DNA of 63,788 nucleotides, counting the filler, from Octopus bimaculoides (lineage: Eukaryota): the NCBI RefSeq assembly GCF_001194135.2. It is 8 parts of 7 records of this genome, joined end to end, with 100 filler letters (N's around TTAATTAATTAA, not from the genome) between each part and the next. Parts side by side here need not be neighbours in the genome. Positions count along the whole stretch, not along the records: positions 1 to 28,366 come from NC_068992.1; positions 28,467 to 39,543 come from NC_068985.1; 6 more parts are not named here. One strand, given 5' to 3'. Shown here one piece after another: positions 24,539 through 38,757 of the stretch. Position 1 is the first letter of the stretch. Each line of letters starts with the position of its first letter. A program made the translations under genes and the position numbers. The notes beneath the pieces were generated by a model. The model worked only from the letters and a program-made list of their open reading frames with translations, was not told the origin of the DNA and made no database searches.

Positions 24539-27248
24539 AATACATACATGCATGCATACATATATACATACGCACACATACACACGCACACACATATATA
24601 TACACATACACAGACATACAGGAACATACACACAACCGCACACACATTTACACACACATACGCGCTCGCGCAGACACACATGCGTATGTGTATGTAATGC
24701 ATATATTTAAACGTGTGTATCAAAACATATAAACTACAAATTGCATAGATATGTTATATTTGTTATGCACAAAGATTTGTTTATGGTGTATTGTTGTCGG
24801 CGTTGATTTGTAGGAGTTTTCTCTTTCTCACACTAATGGCCGCTGTTCTTTCTATTTTGTTTTCTTTTTTTACTCGTCAAGTGTTATACTTGCAAAATAT
24901 AGAAAGAAAACCTTTACACATACTGCATTTGCGTTTTATTCTATTGCAGTTATTTTTTTTCTTTAGCACGAAAAATGATCACACTTAATAATATTGTTTG
25001 AAATAGCTAACAAGTAGCAAGCAGATTGTCTAATAAGTGATTCTTATATGGTTTCACAATATTTCATAGCTGTATGACATGAGAAGCCCCGAGAGTATAA
25101 ATCGCTAACCCATTCTTTCTCACTCACACTTTCTATTTCTCTCTTTGTCTTTCTAACTCACTCGTTCTGCCACTTTCTCTCATACACACATATTCGCACA
25201 CCCACATGCACCCGTATACTCACTTAAAAACAAATATACATTATTGAAAGAAAAACAAAGACGAAAAAAAGAATTGTTGAATGTATAAATTGAAGAAATG
25301 ACATGAATAGAATCGGAAAAAGGAAAGGAAGGAATAAAGGTAGGCGTTCAAGAAATCCTAGAATTCAATAACAGAAGCACTAAGGATAATATACATTAAT
25401 GCAAACGCCGTTAACCAGATGAGCAAGGTAGGAATAGAATAGAATGGTTTATATAATTGGTAATTTTGCTATTAACCTGACGACGAATCTCTTGCAGCGA
25501 TTTGCTTCTGGCTCAAAAGGAGGAGCTAATGACTGACACTATTCTAATTATACCGGCCACTAAGGGAGCTTTTATGATTGTTGTCCACATACTCGAAATT
25601 GCTGTCACAGCTATACAGTCAAAAGTAAATAAAAACGTTACGTTGGAGAACACAGTCATACATGAGACTAAGAACTGAGATGGGGTAAGTTGGAAAGGTT
25701 TCGAATGTATTTGCTTTGAAAGCCAGGTATTATCCTATTAAAACAGTAAATGCACTTTTGTCCTTTTCTTCTCTTTTTTTCTTTTTGCTAAGGTGGTGTC
25801 TATCATGCTCTGCAAACTAGAAACTGTAGCGTTAAATCACAATGCCTACCATCCTCAATACAAGGAAATGACAGTTTGAAAACTGTAATCCTTCTTGCCC
25901 TTGGAAAGAGATGTCGCACACTGGAATTGCATTTGCTTTTCATAGACCAGCTTGATAAGCATGTAAATCATTATGAAAAAAAGTTTTAGACTACAAAAAT
26001 AAAAGAAGCTCGTGGTAGATATTGTAAAGAAAGATAGGATGGTTATCACGAAATTCACATTGTTCCTCGGTCTGCTCAGTCAGCGCTTAGCAGCAGGCAG
26101 GACACGCGCTTGTATGTATGTCTGTAGTAAATGAGATAGAAAATAATTAAGTTGATAAAATTATCTCTGCTTTCCAAGAGCGTCGACGAAAGCAATTGAT
26201 ACGAACACCAATGAAGAGAGATCATCGCAATAATCCAGTATTCACCAGTATTAATGCCATTAAATAAAAGCCCTGATTATCTAGAGACAGGAAAACTGCT
26301 GTGGATACGTGTTTCTGCCACAGTACACTACAGAATCGCAGCAAATTTTGAACTTTATATATAGCAAACGGGTCACATGTAGATTATTTCACCTTCTTAT
26401 TTGGAGTCGGAACCAATTGCCATGGAGCGAGTGGTCAAATGTGCCTAGAAGCGGAGATTATTTCAATAAATCAAGAATTCATCTTCTTTGTTATACACGT
26501 ATACGTGCATACACAAATGCACAGAACTATCTTTAGCAGTAATACAGAGTTTTACAATAAATAGCGAGTAAGCAAATTTTAACGTCTTTCCTCTAATACG
26601 GAAAAGTGAGTAGAGAATTTCCTGTTTTAAGTTAGTAAAAGGAGAGAAATACAAGACATTCTATCAGCGTTATTTAGCGCGTATTATGATGTCGGATATT
26701 CATATTATTCTTTTTTTTTTGTCCAAGTATCAATCGATACTTTCACTGTTTGCAATTTACGCAAGCTCAGGAAGAAATTAAATGGTCTCTAATTTGCATA
26801 ATCGTCCAACCGGAAAGAACTGAACATATTGATTAACAAAAACATTACACATAATAAAGAAATATCTAAATATATAGACTAAACTTCTCATTTGGCAGTT
26901 TTAATAAACACACACGTAGTTTAACCACAGTAGTTATTTTTCAAATTGAAATTATGGAATATTTATTTAGTCAAAACACATGACGATACAATTCTTTTTG
27001 CATGTAATACTTTATTAATTCGTGTGTCAACCACGCTTACAATGATACACTGGTTGGAGCAAAGAAATTTAAATCAATTACGTTACGTGTATATAGGTTT
27101 TAAATTTTGGAACAAGGATAGAAATTTCAGGGTAAAAGCGTAAATCGATTACATTAACACCAGCGTTTGACTAGTATTGATTTTATCGAATCCGAAAGAA
27201 TAATAGGCAAAACCGATCTCGACTGGATTTGAACTAAGAACGTAAGGA

Positions 27249-27301
<53 letters not shown>

Positions 27302-27344
27302 ACACACATAAATACACACATATAGCATTGCCATTATGTTAAAC

Positions 27345-27960
27345 TGTCGTATATTCAAATGTGGCCAAATGCGTTGTTTTCAATACTCATCTTTCAAAAC
27401 ACATCTTTCTTTCGTTTTCTCCTCTTTGAGTTATATTTAGTATACAAGATGTTTTGTTTCCGCTTTTCTTTCAAACATTCAATTTTGGAGAGAATTTTTG
27501 GATTAAATGTCGTTCCATTGCTTTTCGGTATTGTGGATCGCCCCGTGCACATTTGTGAAAGGGAATAATTCTGAATTTTCCGTCGCTTATTCCAGATGCT
27601 TATTTAATGGAATCTTGCGCAATTCCCCTTGTCGGATATGTTGCCTGTGGAATCTTGAACGTTGGCAGAAGGAACTATTTGTTTCGCCATTGTAATTTTC
27701 TTTGCAGATTGGGCAGATAATACAGCATATAAGGTTTCACGTTTTTTAGTTCGTATCTACATTTACTTTGAAAAGGGATTTGCTCTTGAATTTTAAGTTG
27801 GAACCATTTTCTAAGTATTTAAAGTTGTTATTTTTGTTGCATGTTCCACATCTATCTCCACATTCTTTTACTAGAATTCTGATTCATTCTCCGATTTGAA
27901 TTCTGCCCTTGTCAAGTATTTTTTTTAGAATTTTTGGCAAGCAACTACTATTCCTTTAGG
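27345..27960 (-). pseudogene. Penelope-like GIY-YIG endonuclease remnant
   Basis: Minus strand KECGDRCGTC...NLICCIICPICKENYNGETN...QRSRFHRQHIRQ...RKAMERHLIQKFSPKLNV*. Confidence 0.85.
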
Positions 27961-28158
27961 TGTTTTCATTTTGAGTTTTTCTAGAAGTATAGGTAAGTTC
28001 GAAATTATGGCGAGAAAGATGTTGGTTATTCCAGCACTGGTTATTCCACCACACTTTTTTTTCGTCAAGAGATCACCATCCTTAAACCCATTTCAATACA
28101 ATGGTAAATCAATAAATGAATGATGAATACGAAGGGAGATCCCCCTTCCCCTCCTCTT

Positions 28159-28166
28159 TCTCCCCC

Positions 28167-28244
<78 letters not shown>

Positions 28245-28262
28245 CTTCAATCTATCTACCTA
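28159..28262. repeat. (TATC)n microsatellite
   Basis: Direct reading. Confidence 0.9.
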
Positions 28263-28320
28263 CCTATCTTTCTTTCTATATATCTGCATTGTTATGGAAT
28301 CTCACCCCCCGCAAAAAACA

Positions 28321-28366
<46 letters not shown>

Positions 28367-28410
28367 NNNNNNNNNNNNNNNNNNNNNNNNNNNNNNNNNN
28401 NNNNNNNNNN

Positions 28411-28422
28411 TTAATTAATTAA
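28411..28422. other. Artificial contig linker TTAATTAATTAA (also at 39588, 42191, 47149, 53984, 56973, 59222)
   Basis: Identical 12-mer always embedded in N padding; gives stop codons in all six frames. Confidence 0.9.
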
Positions 28423-28466
28423 NNNNNNNNNNNNNNNNNNNNNNNNNNNNNNNNNNNNNNNNNNNN

Positions 28467-28497
<31 letters not shown>

Positions 28498-28499
28498 TT

Positions 28500-28612
28500 G
28501 TCTGTCTTTGTCACCCCTACCATCGCTTTACAACTGATGTCGGTTTTTTTTACATCTCCGTAACTTAGCAGTTCGGCACAAGAAACCGATAGAATAAGTA
28601 CTAGGCATTTGC
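28500..28612 (+). mobile_element. SINE family C 3' half
   Basis: CTCCGTAACTTAGCAGTTCGGCACAAGAAACCGATAGAATAAGTACTAGGC, shared with 54110-54280 and 59440-59600. Confidence 0.75.
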
Positions 28613-29896
28613 ATTTAGAATGTAATGCAATGTTTATGTGAAATAGCATTTGCTATAGTTAAAGATCTCAACTTCTTTGTAGCCATTATATATTTTAACC
28701 GCCGTAATCTAACCTATCTTTCTGAGTCAGAAATAACGATAACGTAACGATTTAAGGAAATGAAATAACGAAAAACTGTATAGTATTTAGTACAACGCAT
28801 GCAACGTAGTAGAACTTTTACAAATACAAAACAAATACCCAAAATAAAAAACAATAATATTCATAAATGGAAATAAGAATTTAAAATATAAATAGAATAG
28901 AATGTAAATAAACATTAACATTGGAAGGCAAATTTAAATGATCATTCTTTCAATAATTTTCCCCTGATCTCCTGCTAAATCATACTTCTATGAAATACGT
29001 TCATAGAATTATATCCCAGCTAATTCTATCGTGTAAAATACATTTATATTCCTCAGAGCGCATTAAATTTTGACATATTGCGATGATAAAAACCCGATTT
29101 ATGTTAATTCATGCACTGTGATAAAATTGCTGGAATCAGAAAATATGGTTCCAAACTTTTCTATTATTTGATTTCAAGTATTCATTTTTATAGCAAATTA
29201 TTTATTATATATTTAATATTGAAAGAAGTTAGACTATTAAGCAATGTTTTCCTCTTGAGAAATTTTCAGGAAATAATATCTTTCTGACTCTAACCACCTT
29301 TCTTTCTCTTTCTCTCTCCCTCTTTCTCTCTCTCTTTCTCTCTCTCTCTCACTCTCTCTCTCTGTCTTTCTCTCTCTAATTCCCTCCATTATTTGCCATT
29401 CTCATTAAGCATCTCTCTAGATATTTCTCGGTATTCTCTTTCCCTTTCAATTTTCTCTTGCCCGTAAGAAATGTTGACTATTAAATATGTATAGAATTTC
29501 TATGAGTCTACTGGTCTCCAAGTCGCATATCTACAAACATTATAGATATAATTTGTTTGTTGAAAATTTGTTTATTTTCTTAGAAAAATATTATGAACTT
29601 AAGCGAGATATTCCTTCCCATAATTCAATTATCTGTATTTTTGTATCCAAATATAATTCTTCAAGACTTTACAATTGTCGTTTTGATAATGCCCACTATG
29701 CACAAGGTTAAGTACATTCAATTTACTAAACTACTATATTACCTCAAAACAACAACAGAGTAGCTACAGCAGGGGTGNNNNNNNNNNNNNNNNNNNNNNN
29801 NNNNNNNNNNNNNNNNNNNNNNNNNNNNNNNNNNNNAAATATATATTTTTTTGAAATTAATTCAATGACTGACGACGTGTTTTCAACTTCTTAGGT

Positions 29897-30097
29897 CATC
29901 CTTTTCTAAGTATATATATATACATACATTTATATATACATGTGTGTGAGATGAAAATGCCATTTGCTCTTGTGGTGTCTATCATACGAACCAACTCCAG
30001 GAACATCTAGGTGCCGGTCAAAGTCTCCTCTACACCACGAATGCATATGGTTAGTTACGCAACACTCGTAATGTCCGTGCTTTATCAACTGCAACAA
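29897..30097 (-). repeat. Left arm of near-perfect inverted duplication
   Basis: Reverse complement of 30627-30831 except one substitution and a 4-nt TA-length difference. Confidence 0.9.
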
Positions 30098-30119
30098 GTC
30101 ATTTCTGTTCACACCCAAA

Positions 30120-30775
30120 ATGTCTTTGACAAAAAGGAAAGAAGTGGATACAGAATGTAGATTATTTCAAGAAAAATCGTCCTTTTCCTACATACTCGTG
30201 GGGGTGAATGGAAAAATCTGTGTGCTTGGTGTGTTCGCAGCAGGTTTCAGTGCTCAGGGAATATAACATTTGGCGCTACTATAAGACTCATCATGCCGAC
30301 AAATACAATGACTTTCAAGGACAAATGAGAAGAGAGAAAGTAAATAAATTTTGGGCGGATCTGAAGAAACAGCAGTCTGCTTGAAGCCAAAGCCGAGATA
30401 TCAGTCAAGCAGCAATAAAAGCTAGAGAAATAGAATTAACATCTAAGCCATACTGTGAGGGTGAGTTCCTGAAAACATACATACTGAAGGTTGCAGAAAT
30501 TGTATGCCCCGAGAAGTGACAGACATTTGCCGACCTGACGAGAAATACTGCGGCAGATAGGATTTCAGATTTTCTGCAGACTTACACAGGCAACTGAAGC
30601 GCAAAGACAAGTCATTTATTGCATTTTTGTTGCAGTTGATAAAGCACGGACATTACGAGTGTTGCGTAACTAACCATATGCATTCGTGGTGTAGAGGAGA
30701 CTTTGACCGGCACCTAGATGTTCCTGGAGTTGGTTCGTATGATAGACACCACAAGAGCAAATGGCATTTTCATCT
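30120..30775 (+). pseudogene. hAT (Charlie/SPIN/GTF2IRD2-like) transposase 5' remnant
   Basis: MSLTKRKEVDTECRLFQEK..SVCLVCSQQ..YNIWRYYKTHH..EGEFLK..IVCPEK..TRNTAADRISD..AVD(K)STDITS..IRGV; several frameshifts and stops. Confidence 0.85.
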
Positions 30776-30831
30776 CACACACATGTATATATAAATGTAT
30801 GTATATATATATATATACTTGGAAAAGGATG
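30627..30831 (+). repeat. Right arm of near-perfect inverted duplication
   Basis: See 29897-30097. Confidence 0.9.
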
Positions 30832-30955
30832 CGTGGCGTTCGATCATAAAATAATATAAATAATATATAAATATATGCATATATCCATACATATATCTAC
30901 ATACCTACATCTATATGTATACATCATATACATTTATATACTATACATATACATG

Positions 30956-31320
30956 GGAGGCGCAATGGCCCAATGGTTAGGGCAGCGGACTCGCGGGCGT
31001 AGGATCGCGGTTTCGATTCACCAGATTTTGTGAGTGTTTATTGAGAGAAAACACCTGAAGCCCCACGAGGCTCCGGCAGGGGGTGTTGGCGAACCATGCT
31101 GTACCTTTCCCCACAACTTCCTCTCACTCTTTCTGTTATACTTATATTTCAAAGGGCCAGCCTTGTCACACTGTGTCACGCTGAATCTCCCCCGAGAACT
31201 ACTTTAAGGGTGCACGTGTCTGTGGAGTGCTCAGTCACTTACACGTTAATTTCACGTGCAGGCTGTTCCGTTGATCAGATCAACTGGAACGCTCGTCGTC
31301 GTAACCGTTGGAATGCCACG
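30956..31320 (+). mobile_element. SINE family A (diverged copy)
   Basis: GGAGGCGCAATGGCCCAATGG A box, GGTTTCGATTC B box; possible 12-bp TSD ATACATATACAT (low complexity). Confidence 0.85.
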
Positions 31321-32088
31321 ATACATATACATATTTAGACAAAAATATATAATATATATACATACATGCGTTTGTATGTACGTGTGTATATGCGTGTGTG
31401 TTCGTTTGTATCCACTTTCATATATGTATGTGCGTTTGGTCTATATGTGTATGTGTATGCCGCAAAGGCAAATTAATTAATAAAATCTTATTTCTTTGAT
31501 TGCTTCCAGTAGATTGAAATGAAATTGCTTTTAACTGTTGAGATGTTGTATATCGCGTAAATCTTCATTCCTGACATTCAACGTGATTACATTTTCGTTC
31601 AAGACAAATGGCACTGGTTACATAAGAACACCACATGCTGCATCGGATTACTCTGGGTCTTAGAATGATGTAATAACGTTCAAAGAATGCGCAAATTACG
31701 GAATTGAACACACACACATACATACAAAGAAAAAAAAATCAGTATTGATTGTTGACAATAACGATAGTAAACCATAAGAAGAATTACTGAAGGAGAGCAC
31801 GTGGGAAGGGGCATTACCAATCTTTTAGGCAAAATAAACACTCAGACTTTGTAAATTCTTCGTCAATTATCTGCTCTAATGATGACAACATATAGAGAGT
31901 TAATGCAGTGAATTTGTTGAAAGCAAACATACTTACACACACACTCGTATACACAGTCACACCAACGCACACGCACAATCGTACACATGCATACACATAA
32001 TATACATACATACACATACGTACATATATTCATACGTATATATTTATGTATGTGTATATATATATATATATATAAACATATATATAAT

Positions 32089-32175
32089 AGGCGCAGGAGT
32101 GGCTGTGTGGTAAGTAGCTTGCTTACCAACCACATGATTCCGGGTTCAGTCTTACTGCGTAGTACATTGGGCTAG
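32089..32175 (+). mobile_element. SINE family C tRNA-like head
   Basis: GGCGCAGGAGTGGCTGTGTGGTAAG ... GGGTTCAGTC. Confidence 0.7.
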
Positions 32176-32243
32176 GTCTCATGCTTATTCATTCCACAAA
32201 ATGTATGACTCGCATGCTGTAAAATATAATACTCCATTCTGTA

Positions 32244-32280
<37 letters not shown>

Positions 32281-33010
32281 NNNNNNNNNNNNNNNNNNNN
32301 NNNNNNNNNNNNNNNNNNNNNNNNNNNNNNNNNNNNNNNNNNNNNNNNNNNNNNNNNNNNNNNNNNNNNNNNNNNNNNNNNNNNNNNNNNTATATATATA
32401 TTGCAATAAAGAATAGCATCGTTTTATTTTAAGTTTGATATGCATCCAAACACTTTGCGTGCGCACATCCTCCCGACCGTATACACACATACGCGCGAGC
32501 GCATTTGGGGACATACATATGAAACTTCTAATTAAATTGCTGTTATTAATTAATCCAAACTGACCTTTCTTTTTTGGCAAGTATATTATATGACCTGAAT
32601 TTTTATAATTCGAATTGCATGGACTTCAAAATTCCTCGCAATAAAACTAGTTGAATACCTTTTAGCTGACAGAATTTTATTCCATATCTGATAAATTTTG
32701 GAGCATTAATGAACTTCAATTAAAATAGTATTCATTATTTTCCATACTTTACCATAACGTTTTACATTTCCATAATTAATATGTCACAGACCTGTTATTC
32801 GATCTCGACGTCAGTAAAAATTGGAGGTGGAAGCCCGATTTTATATTCCATCTTACTATGTCTAACTAAGTTGACAGTATTTTAATTTAGTGTTATATCT
32901 TACAGCATGGGAGTCATAAATTGTGGAAAGAATATGCACGATAACGAACAGTACTAGATAGCATGGTGTTGTTAGAAGTAGTATAGAGTAGGATTATTCT
33001 TCCCTGTCGT

Positions 33011-33390
33011 GGAGGCGCAATGGCCCAGTGGTTAGGATAGCGGACTCACGGTCATAGGATCGCGGTTTCGATTCCCAGACCGGGCGTTGTGAGTATTTAT
33101 TGAGCGAAAACACCTAAAGCTGCACGAGGCTCCGGCAGGGGATGGTGGCGAACACTGCTGTACTCTTTCACCACAACTTTCTCTCACTCTTACTTCCTGT
33201 TTCTGTTGTGCCTGTAATTCAAAGGTTCAGCCTTGTAACACTGTGTCACGCTGAATATCCCCGAGAACTACGTCAAATGTGCACGTGTCTGTGGAGTGCT
33301 CAGTCACTTTCACGTTAATTTCACGAGCAGGCTGTTCCGTTGATCGGATCAACTGGAACCCTCGGCGTCGTAAGCGACGGAGTGCCAACA
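33011..33390 (+). mobile_element. SINE family A, full length, 15-bp TSD
   Basis: TSD ATTCTTCCCTGTCGT (32996-33010) / ATTCTTCACTGTCAT (33391-33405); A and B boxes present. Confidence 0.92.
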
Positions 33391-35606
33391 ATTCTTCACT
33401 GTCATTTTTAAAGAATACTTGGTAAAATGTATTTCCAAAGAATCAGTTTTATCATTCGTTTCCAGTGATAGGAATTTGTAAGGAAGCATAAAGTAAACAT
33501 ATATTAAACCGATTTTTGAAGTTTTTAAAAACTCGTGATAAGAACAATAAAAATTATTTTATTAATCACGTCAGAGACTGAAGGATGCGTGCTGGCAGAA
33601 TCTTTAGCGCGTAGGAGAACTTGGTTAGCGACGGTTCTTCCGACATTACATTATGAGTTCAAATAAGTACCACTTGCACAAAGGGGTCGATATAATTGAA
33701 TTATTCACTCCTTCAAATTTGCTCGCCTAATGACAAAATTTGAAATTATTTATGTCAGAATGTAATGTGCTTATAAAAACAATGCACCAAACGGAGTTAT
33801 TCCTCAACATCGGTAAGGTATCGTGTATACAAATTATTTCGAAATCCCTTTCTATTGATATGAACATCCACATCTGAGAGTGCTTTGAGATATTCACCCG
33901 GAAACATCACCATATATTTTTTTTTTCTGAAACAAATATCTCAGTCTTTTAAGACACCATGTCATTACCAGAACTTCAGGCTAGCATTTCCGCACATACT
34001 CTGTTTGAAATATTAAAGGAATGGTTAACATATGCGATTGACATTCAGGTTTCTGTCCTCATTCCTGCTACTGAAAATTCAGAAGCATTGATATTAAGAC
34101 TTCTTTTACCTGGTGATGCCAAACATGGTTCATATATAAAAAAGCTTGCTTATCTTCTCAAAGAAATGTTTCAGCAATTATTTTTGCAAGCTAGTAACTA
34201 TAGATTATCAACGAAAACCATGTATTTTCCAATATATTCTGTTGATTAGAGAACACTATTATGTTCTATGATTCTGTAACTTTTTATTCCATTCTTTGAG
34301 ACATTCACTATTGGGAAATCTATAAAGACGGATCATTAATGTCATATTATTTGTTAGTGTTATATAATGGTTTCTTTCGGTCTGACAGAAACTGTATTTT
34401 CCATGCTGATATTTTCCCCATTCTACTCTGGTTTCGGAGAAGTATTTTGAAACGATAATTAATATTGTTTATCGCGTCCTATATTCAGTAACGTTAATTC
34501 GCCGTGTATGTCTATGCCAGACTGTTTATATCAAACTCAATATGCAAAATATACATTTACATACCATTGCATGATATACTGTATACATGAAGTTATAATA
34601 TCTACAAAGCACTGTAATGTTACATCAATGTTTGAAGTACATCTGTATTAAATGGCGACAACACAACCAGAAAACACAGTCATCAGTGCTTCAATGACGT
34701 GTCATTAAGAACTTTCCTCTTTTACCACCTAATTATAGAGATGTACTTGTATATAGAGTGTTCTGGCATGCAGTCGTGTGCTGAAACTAAAGAGATTGCA
34801 GCGTGGGAAACTTCAGTTAGCCAATCAGATACTCACAAACACAGTTAACTTCCCTTAAGAATGAATGTGTAATATGGTGCCGAAATTGTCGATCCAAACT
34901 ACGACCTGTTCACTGACATCATATTACAAATGTCAACATCATACTACAAGTAAACGTTTTAGTGAAGTTAAAGATCTTTGTGTGTATCCGAATGGCTAAC
35001 TTACGTCCACACTGCAATCGTTAAAATAAAATTGCTTTCTATGAATCACATTTTCCCATTAACTGGTACAGAAGATAGTTTTCAGTTGCGCGAATGGCTT
35101 ATTACATACACTTTGCAGCTGTAAAATCAGGCAGAAGACAGCATCTGTTTTCAAATGTATGTAAACAATTTTTCACACGTATCAATTAGGAATAACGTGT
35201 TGCTATACGTTGGGTAATGAAAACAAAACTTTGTAGAATTTCATACATGAACTAAATTTCCGGGTAAATTGTATTATAGGACTTTCGATTAAACATTCGA
35301 AATGTTTAACGTTGAGAATATCCTGAACATTACTTAATTTCACTTAGTGACGAATTGTCCGTTAGAGATTTAAAACAAGATTTCGGAGTCCTGAATACAA
35401 AAACAAGATTTATTCACCTCAAATATTGTTTGAGGAACTTAGCGCTGATAGATTAATGGGTTAGTATTGAGCAGGCCATGTCAAGAGTTGTATTAAGATG
35501 TGATTATAATAAATGCATATATCAATTGTAACAAATGTAAATTAATTTATATAACAAGCAAAAGCGTACGGCTAATTCTGTTTCCCTTATTTATTCTTTC
35601 GCTTTC

Positions 35607-35659
<53 letters not shown>

Positions 35660-36159
35660 AGGAGGGAGTTTGATATTGCGCATATTTTAATTCCTTGCTC
35701 TGTTGCAGGTTCGTCTGAGATCTTCGATAGCATAACATGAAGCTGGTTGAGTGAACATGTTTAGTTACAATCAAGGCTCTCTAAATTTAATCTACAAGGT
35801 AAGAAAGTGCATTTTCAACTTCCATTTTTCTTATATTTCTACCCGTGTATAATAAAACAACTTTGATTCTCTCTCTCTCTCTATGTATGTATGTATGTAT
35901 GTATGTATGTATGTATGCATATATATACAAGAATAAGAAGTTTAGTGAGAACTTTGAATAATCATATATTTAGGACCTCCATCCTGTTTCAGAGTATCAC
36001 CAGCAATTATTTCTGATGGCTCCCGGAAATGAGATGATAATTAAGAATACAAATCTCTGACTAGCCTCCTTTTTCTTACCATTTTCACACACACACACAC
36101 ACACGCACGAACACACACACACACACACGCACGCACACACACATAACACNNNNNNNNNN

Positions 36160-36197
<38 letters not shown>

Positions 36198-36479
36198 CAG
36201 CATGCACACACACTTATACATGCGTATACTTATATATAAAGAAATATCTTACATTATGTGTCTCAGGTCGGTTCTTTAATAACTAGGAACGTGCCACTCT
36301 TGACTACATAACAGTTCTAGTAAAATCGTTGGCAACTAGACCGGATTCTCATGGATAATGATTGTGCATGGGCAAGAAGTTGGTAACTAGATCAGAATCA
36401 TATTGATAGTGGCCTTTGAATTTATTACAAGATGAAACCAATTTTCGAAGAATTATATTTAAAGTTTTCCACTTGTTTG

Positions 36480-36900
36480 TCTACGTATGTGCATACATAT
36501 GCATATAGGAACTTGCATTTGGAAGGGCATCTTTTTGAAGACTGAACTAAATTTTAATCGTGCTTATTTAGATACATCTGCGCCATCTTGTCGGGCGCAA
36601 TCAAAATATATTTTGGAGTCACTTAGAAATGCTACAGTTTCCATAGCGCCACTCGGATATCATGCGAATCGTAAAAGTATATTGAGGTTATGATCTAATC
36701 AGTATCAGCCGGCGCAGCTGCATCAGCCGTTGCAATGCGTTGGTATCTGGTCGGTGTAGATATGGTCTTGATACACTGGTGTAGACGTTCGTCATCATAG
36801 ACTCCTGCGCACTTCATTTATAATATGAATGTAACATGGAGTTGAGTATGCGTATGCGTTTTGTGAGCTAAAACGCGGCAAATCATATACTTGAACGTCT
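36480..36900. promoter_or_regulatory. Locally CpG-rich unique patch with YY1-like CGCCATCTT
   Basis: CGCCATCTTG at 36581-36590; CpG visibly enriched relative to flanks; function is inference. Confidence 0.25.
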
Positions 36901-38757
36901 GCATCATTTAATACATAGTATCTACAGTAAATAAACATCTTTCATCCAGTAATTAAAATACATTTATCAATGTTATTCAACGTAGTATGCTATGTCTTCA
37001 TTTTCGTGGCGAAGAGGAAAACAAAAATAATTTTCATTGAATCTAACTTCGTATTTAAACGCTTTGAAATATGAATAATGTTTTATGAAATAGAAGCAAA
37101 AATAAATGAATGTGATATCTTCATTCACGAATTTAGTGGACAGTACACATTTTACTGGAAATATAACCGCTTAATTTAAAACATTAATTTTTTTTAAATA
37201 TATTTTCGTATTAATGATGTCTATTGTTACTGCATTTATCTTGATTGTAGGCGAAAGTAATTTCTTTCCTCTCATATATTCCATTTTGCAATAATTTCGA
37301 TAAATGAAAATTTAATACTCAAAATAGTCAATGAACTTGTTCAAAAATTTTTGAAATAGAAAACAAAATATATTTTACTTAATTTTTTGTTTTTATTTCA
37401 AACTAAAGTTAACTTCCTAACTTCACATACAAGTTAGAAATTATTACCTGAATTCATTACTTAGAAATCTTTGAATTGCAATGAATTCATTTAAAAATTA
37501 ATTATGAGCTAATATATAACCTTATTGAGAATATCAGGAACCGTAATTATATTTTTCTAATTTTAACGTATTATGGACATTTTTTTCCTTTCGGTTTTCT
37601 TTCTTTTTTTTTCCCCCAATAAACAAAATTTTATTGGACGAACTTCAAAAAGCGACACGAAAGTTATATGAAAGTTGTATGGCTTCAAACTAACTGTAGC
37701 CATTTGTTTGAAATTTCTTTGTTAAAATCAAAGTAACAATATTCAGAAAGAATAAACACTGTGACTAACTTTAATACAAGCCATTTCAGTTACAAATGTA
37801 ATACCTAGATAGATATCAATTTAAATATTTTTATGTCGTTACAGCTTTCTCCGTTGATCTTACGAGGGAACATAATTATATCATTATTTATTCTATGGTA
37901 TTTTATCTCTCCCATAGGAACTCTAGAGTGAAAGCCATATTGCCACTAATATTCAAATCATTCAAAACTCAAAGTTATACGATATAAACTTGTAGAAGGA
38001 AAGTTAAAATGCATCAAAGAATATCAGAATATTCATTTTGATTTCGTAACTTTTTCACGTTTGATTACACAGCCATAAAAATCTGTTTTATTTTTTGTGT
38101 AGAGATTGTTACTTTGCGCTATTGAAAGAGACTATATTCTCACATATTCATTCTACTACACTTCATACATCACTGAGTATGCATATGATGTGGTGCAAGT
38201 GTTGCAGGTTATTTGTGTGTCAATCAATGTTGTGTGCAAATTACAATTATTTTATCTGAGAAGTCAATTTTGTATGATATACAGTGAAGAAAGGTCTTTA
38301 ACTCACAGGTAGATTATAGAAAATGACATACATGGACATTGCGTGATATTCTGAGGAATTTTGTGACTAATATAGTGTAGTTTAGAGAGTGCTAGCAGAA
38401 AATATATTGAATTGTGCATTCAATGGATGGACAAATCCCAAAGATACGCAGATTAGCTGTGATTTTCACATGCCAGAAATAGTCTACACAAATATATTTC
38501 TTTCTTTTGTTATGTGTGTGTAGTTTTTCATGTGACTATTTTGAATGAGTTTATTTGGAAAAGAAGATAAGGATTTGCTTCTAATGAAAGCAGGGCCTAC
38601 TGTTGATTTAGATGGGATGCTTTAATGGAAAGCATCTGTTTTCAAATATGATTAGGTAACTGAATGTATTTGTATATATGAGTCTGCGTGGGGCATTTGT
38701 TGTAAAATATGAGTATACTGGCATTCATGTAGCAACATTTGAAATATTGTCCAGGTA

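Noticed and set aside
28411-28422. Recurrent TTAATTAATTAA (7 copies) resembling a conserved motif
   Set aside because: Always centred in N padding; a six-frame-stop contig linker, not biological.
33011-33085. tRNA-like sequences at SINE heads
   Set aside because: A/B boxes are followed by SINE bodies, tails and TSDs; not tRNA genes.
33959-34249. 96-aa ATG-initiated ORF MSLPELQ...
   Set aside because: No recognisable domain or supporting exons; length is within chance range.
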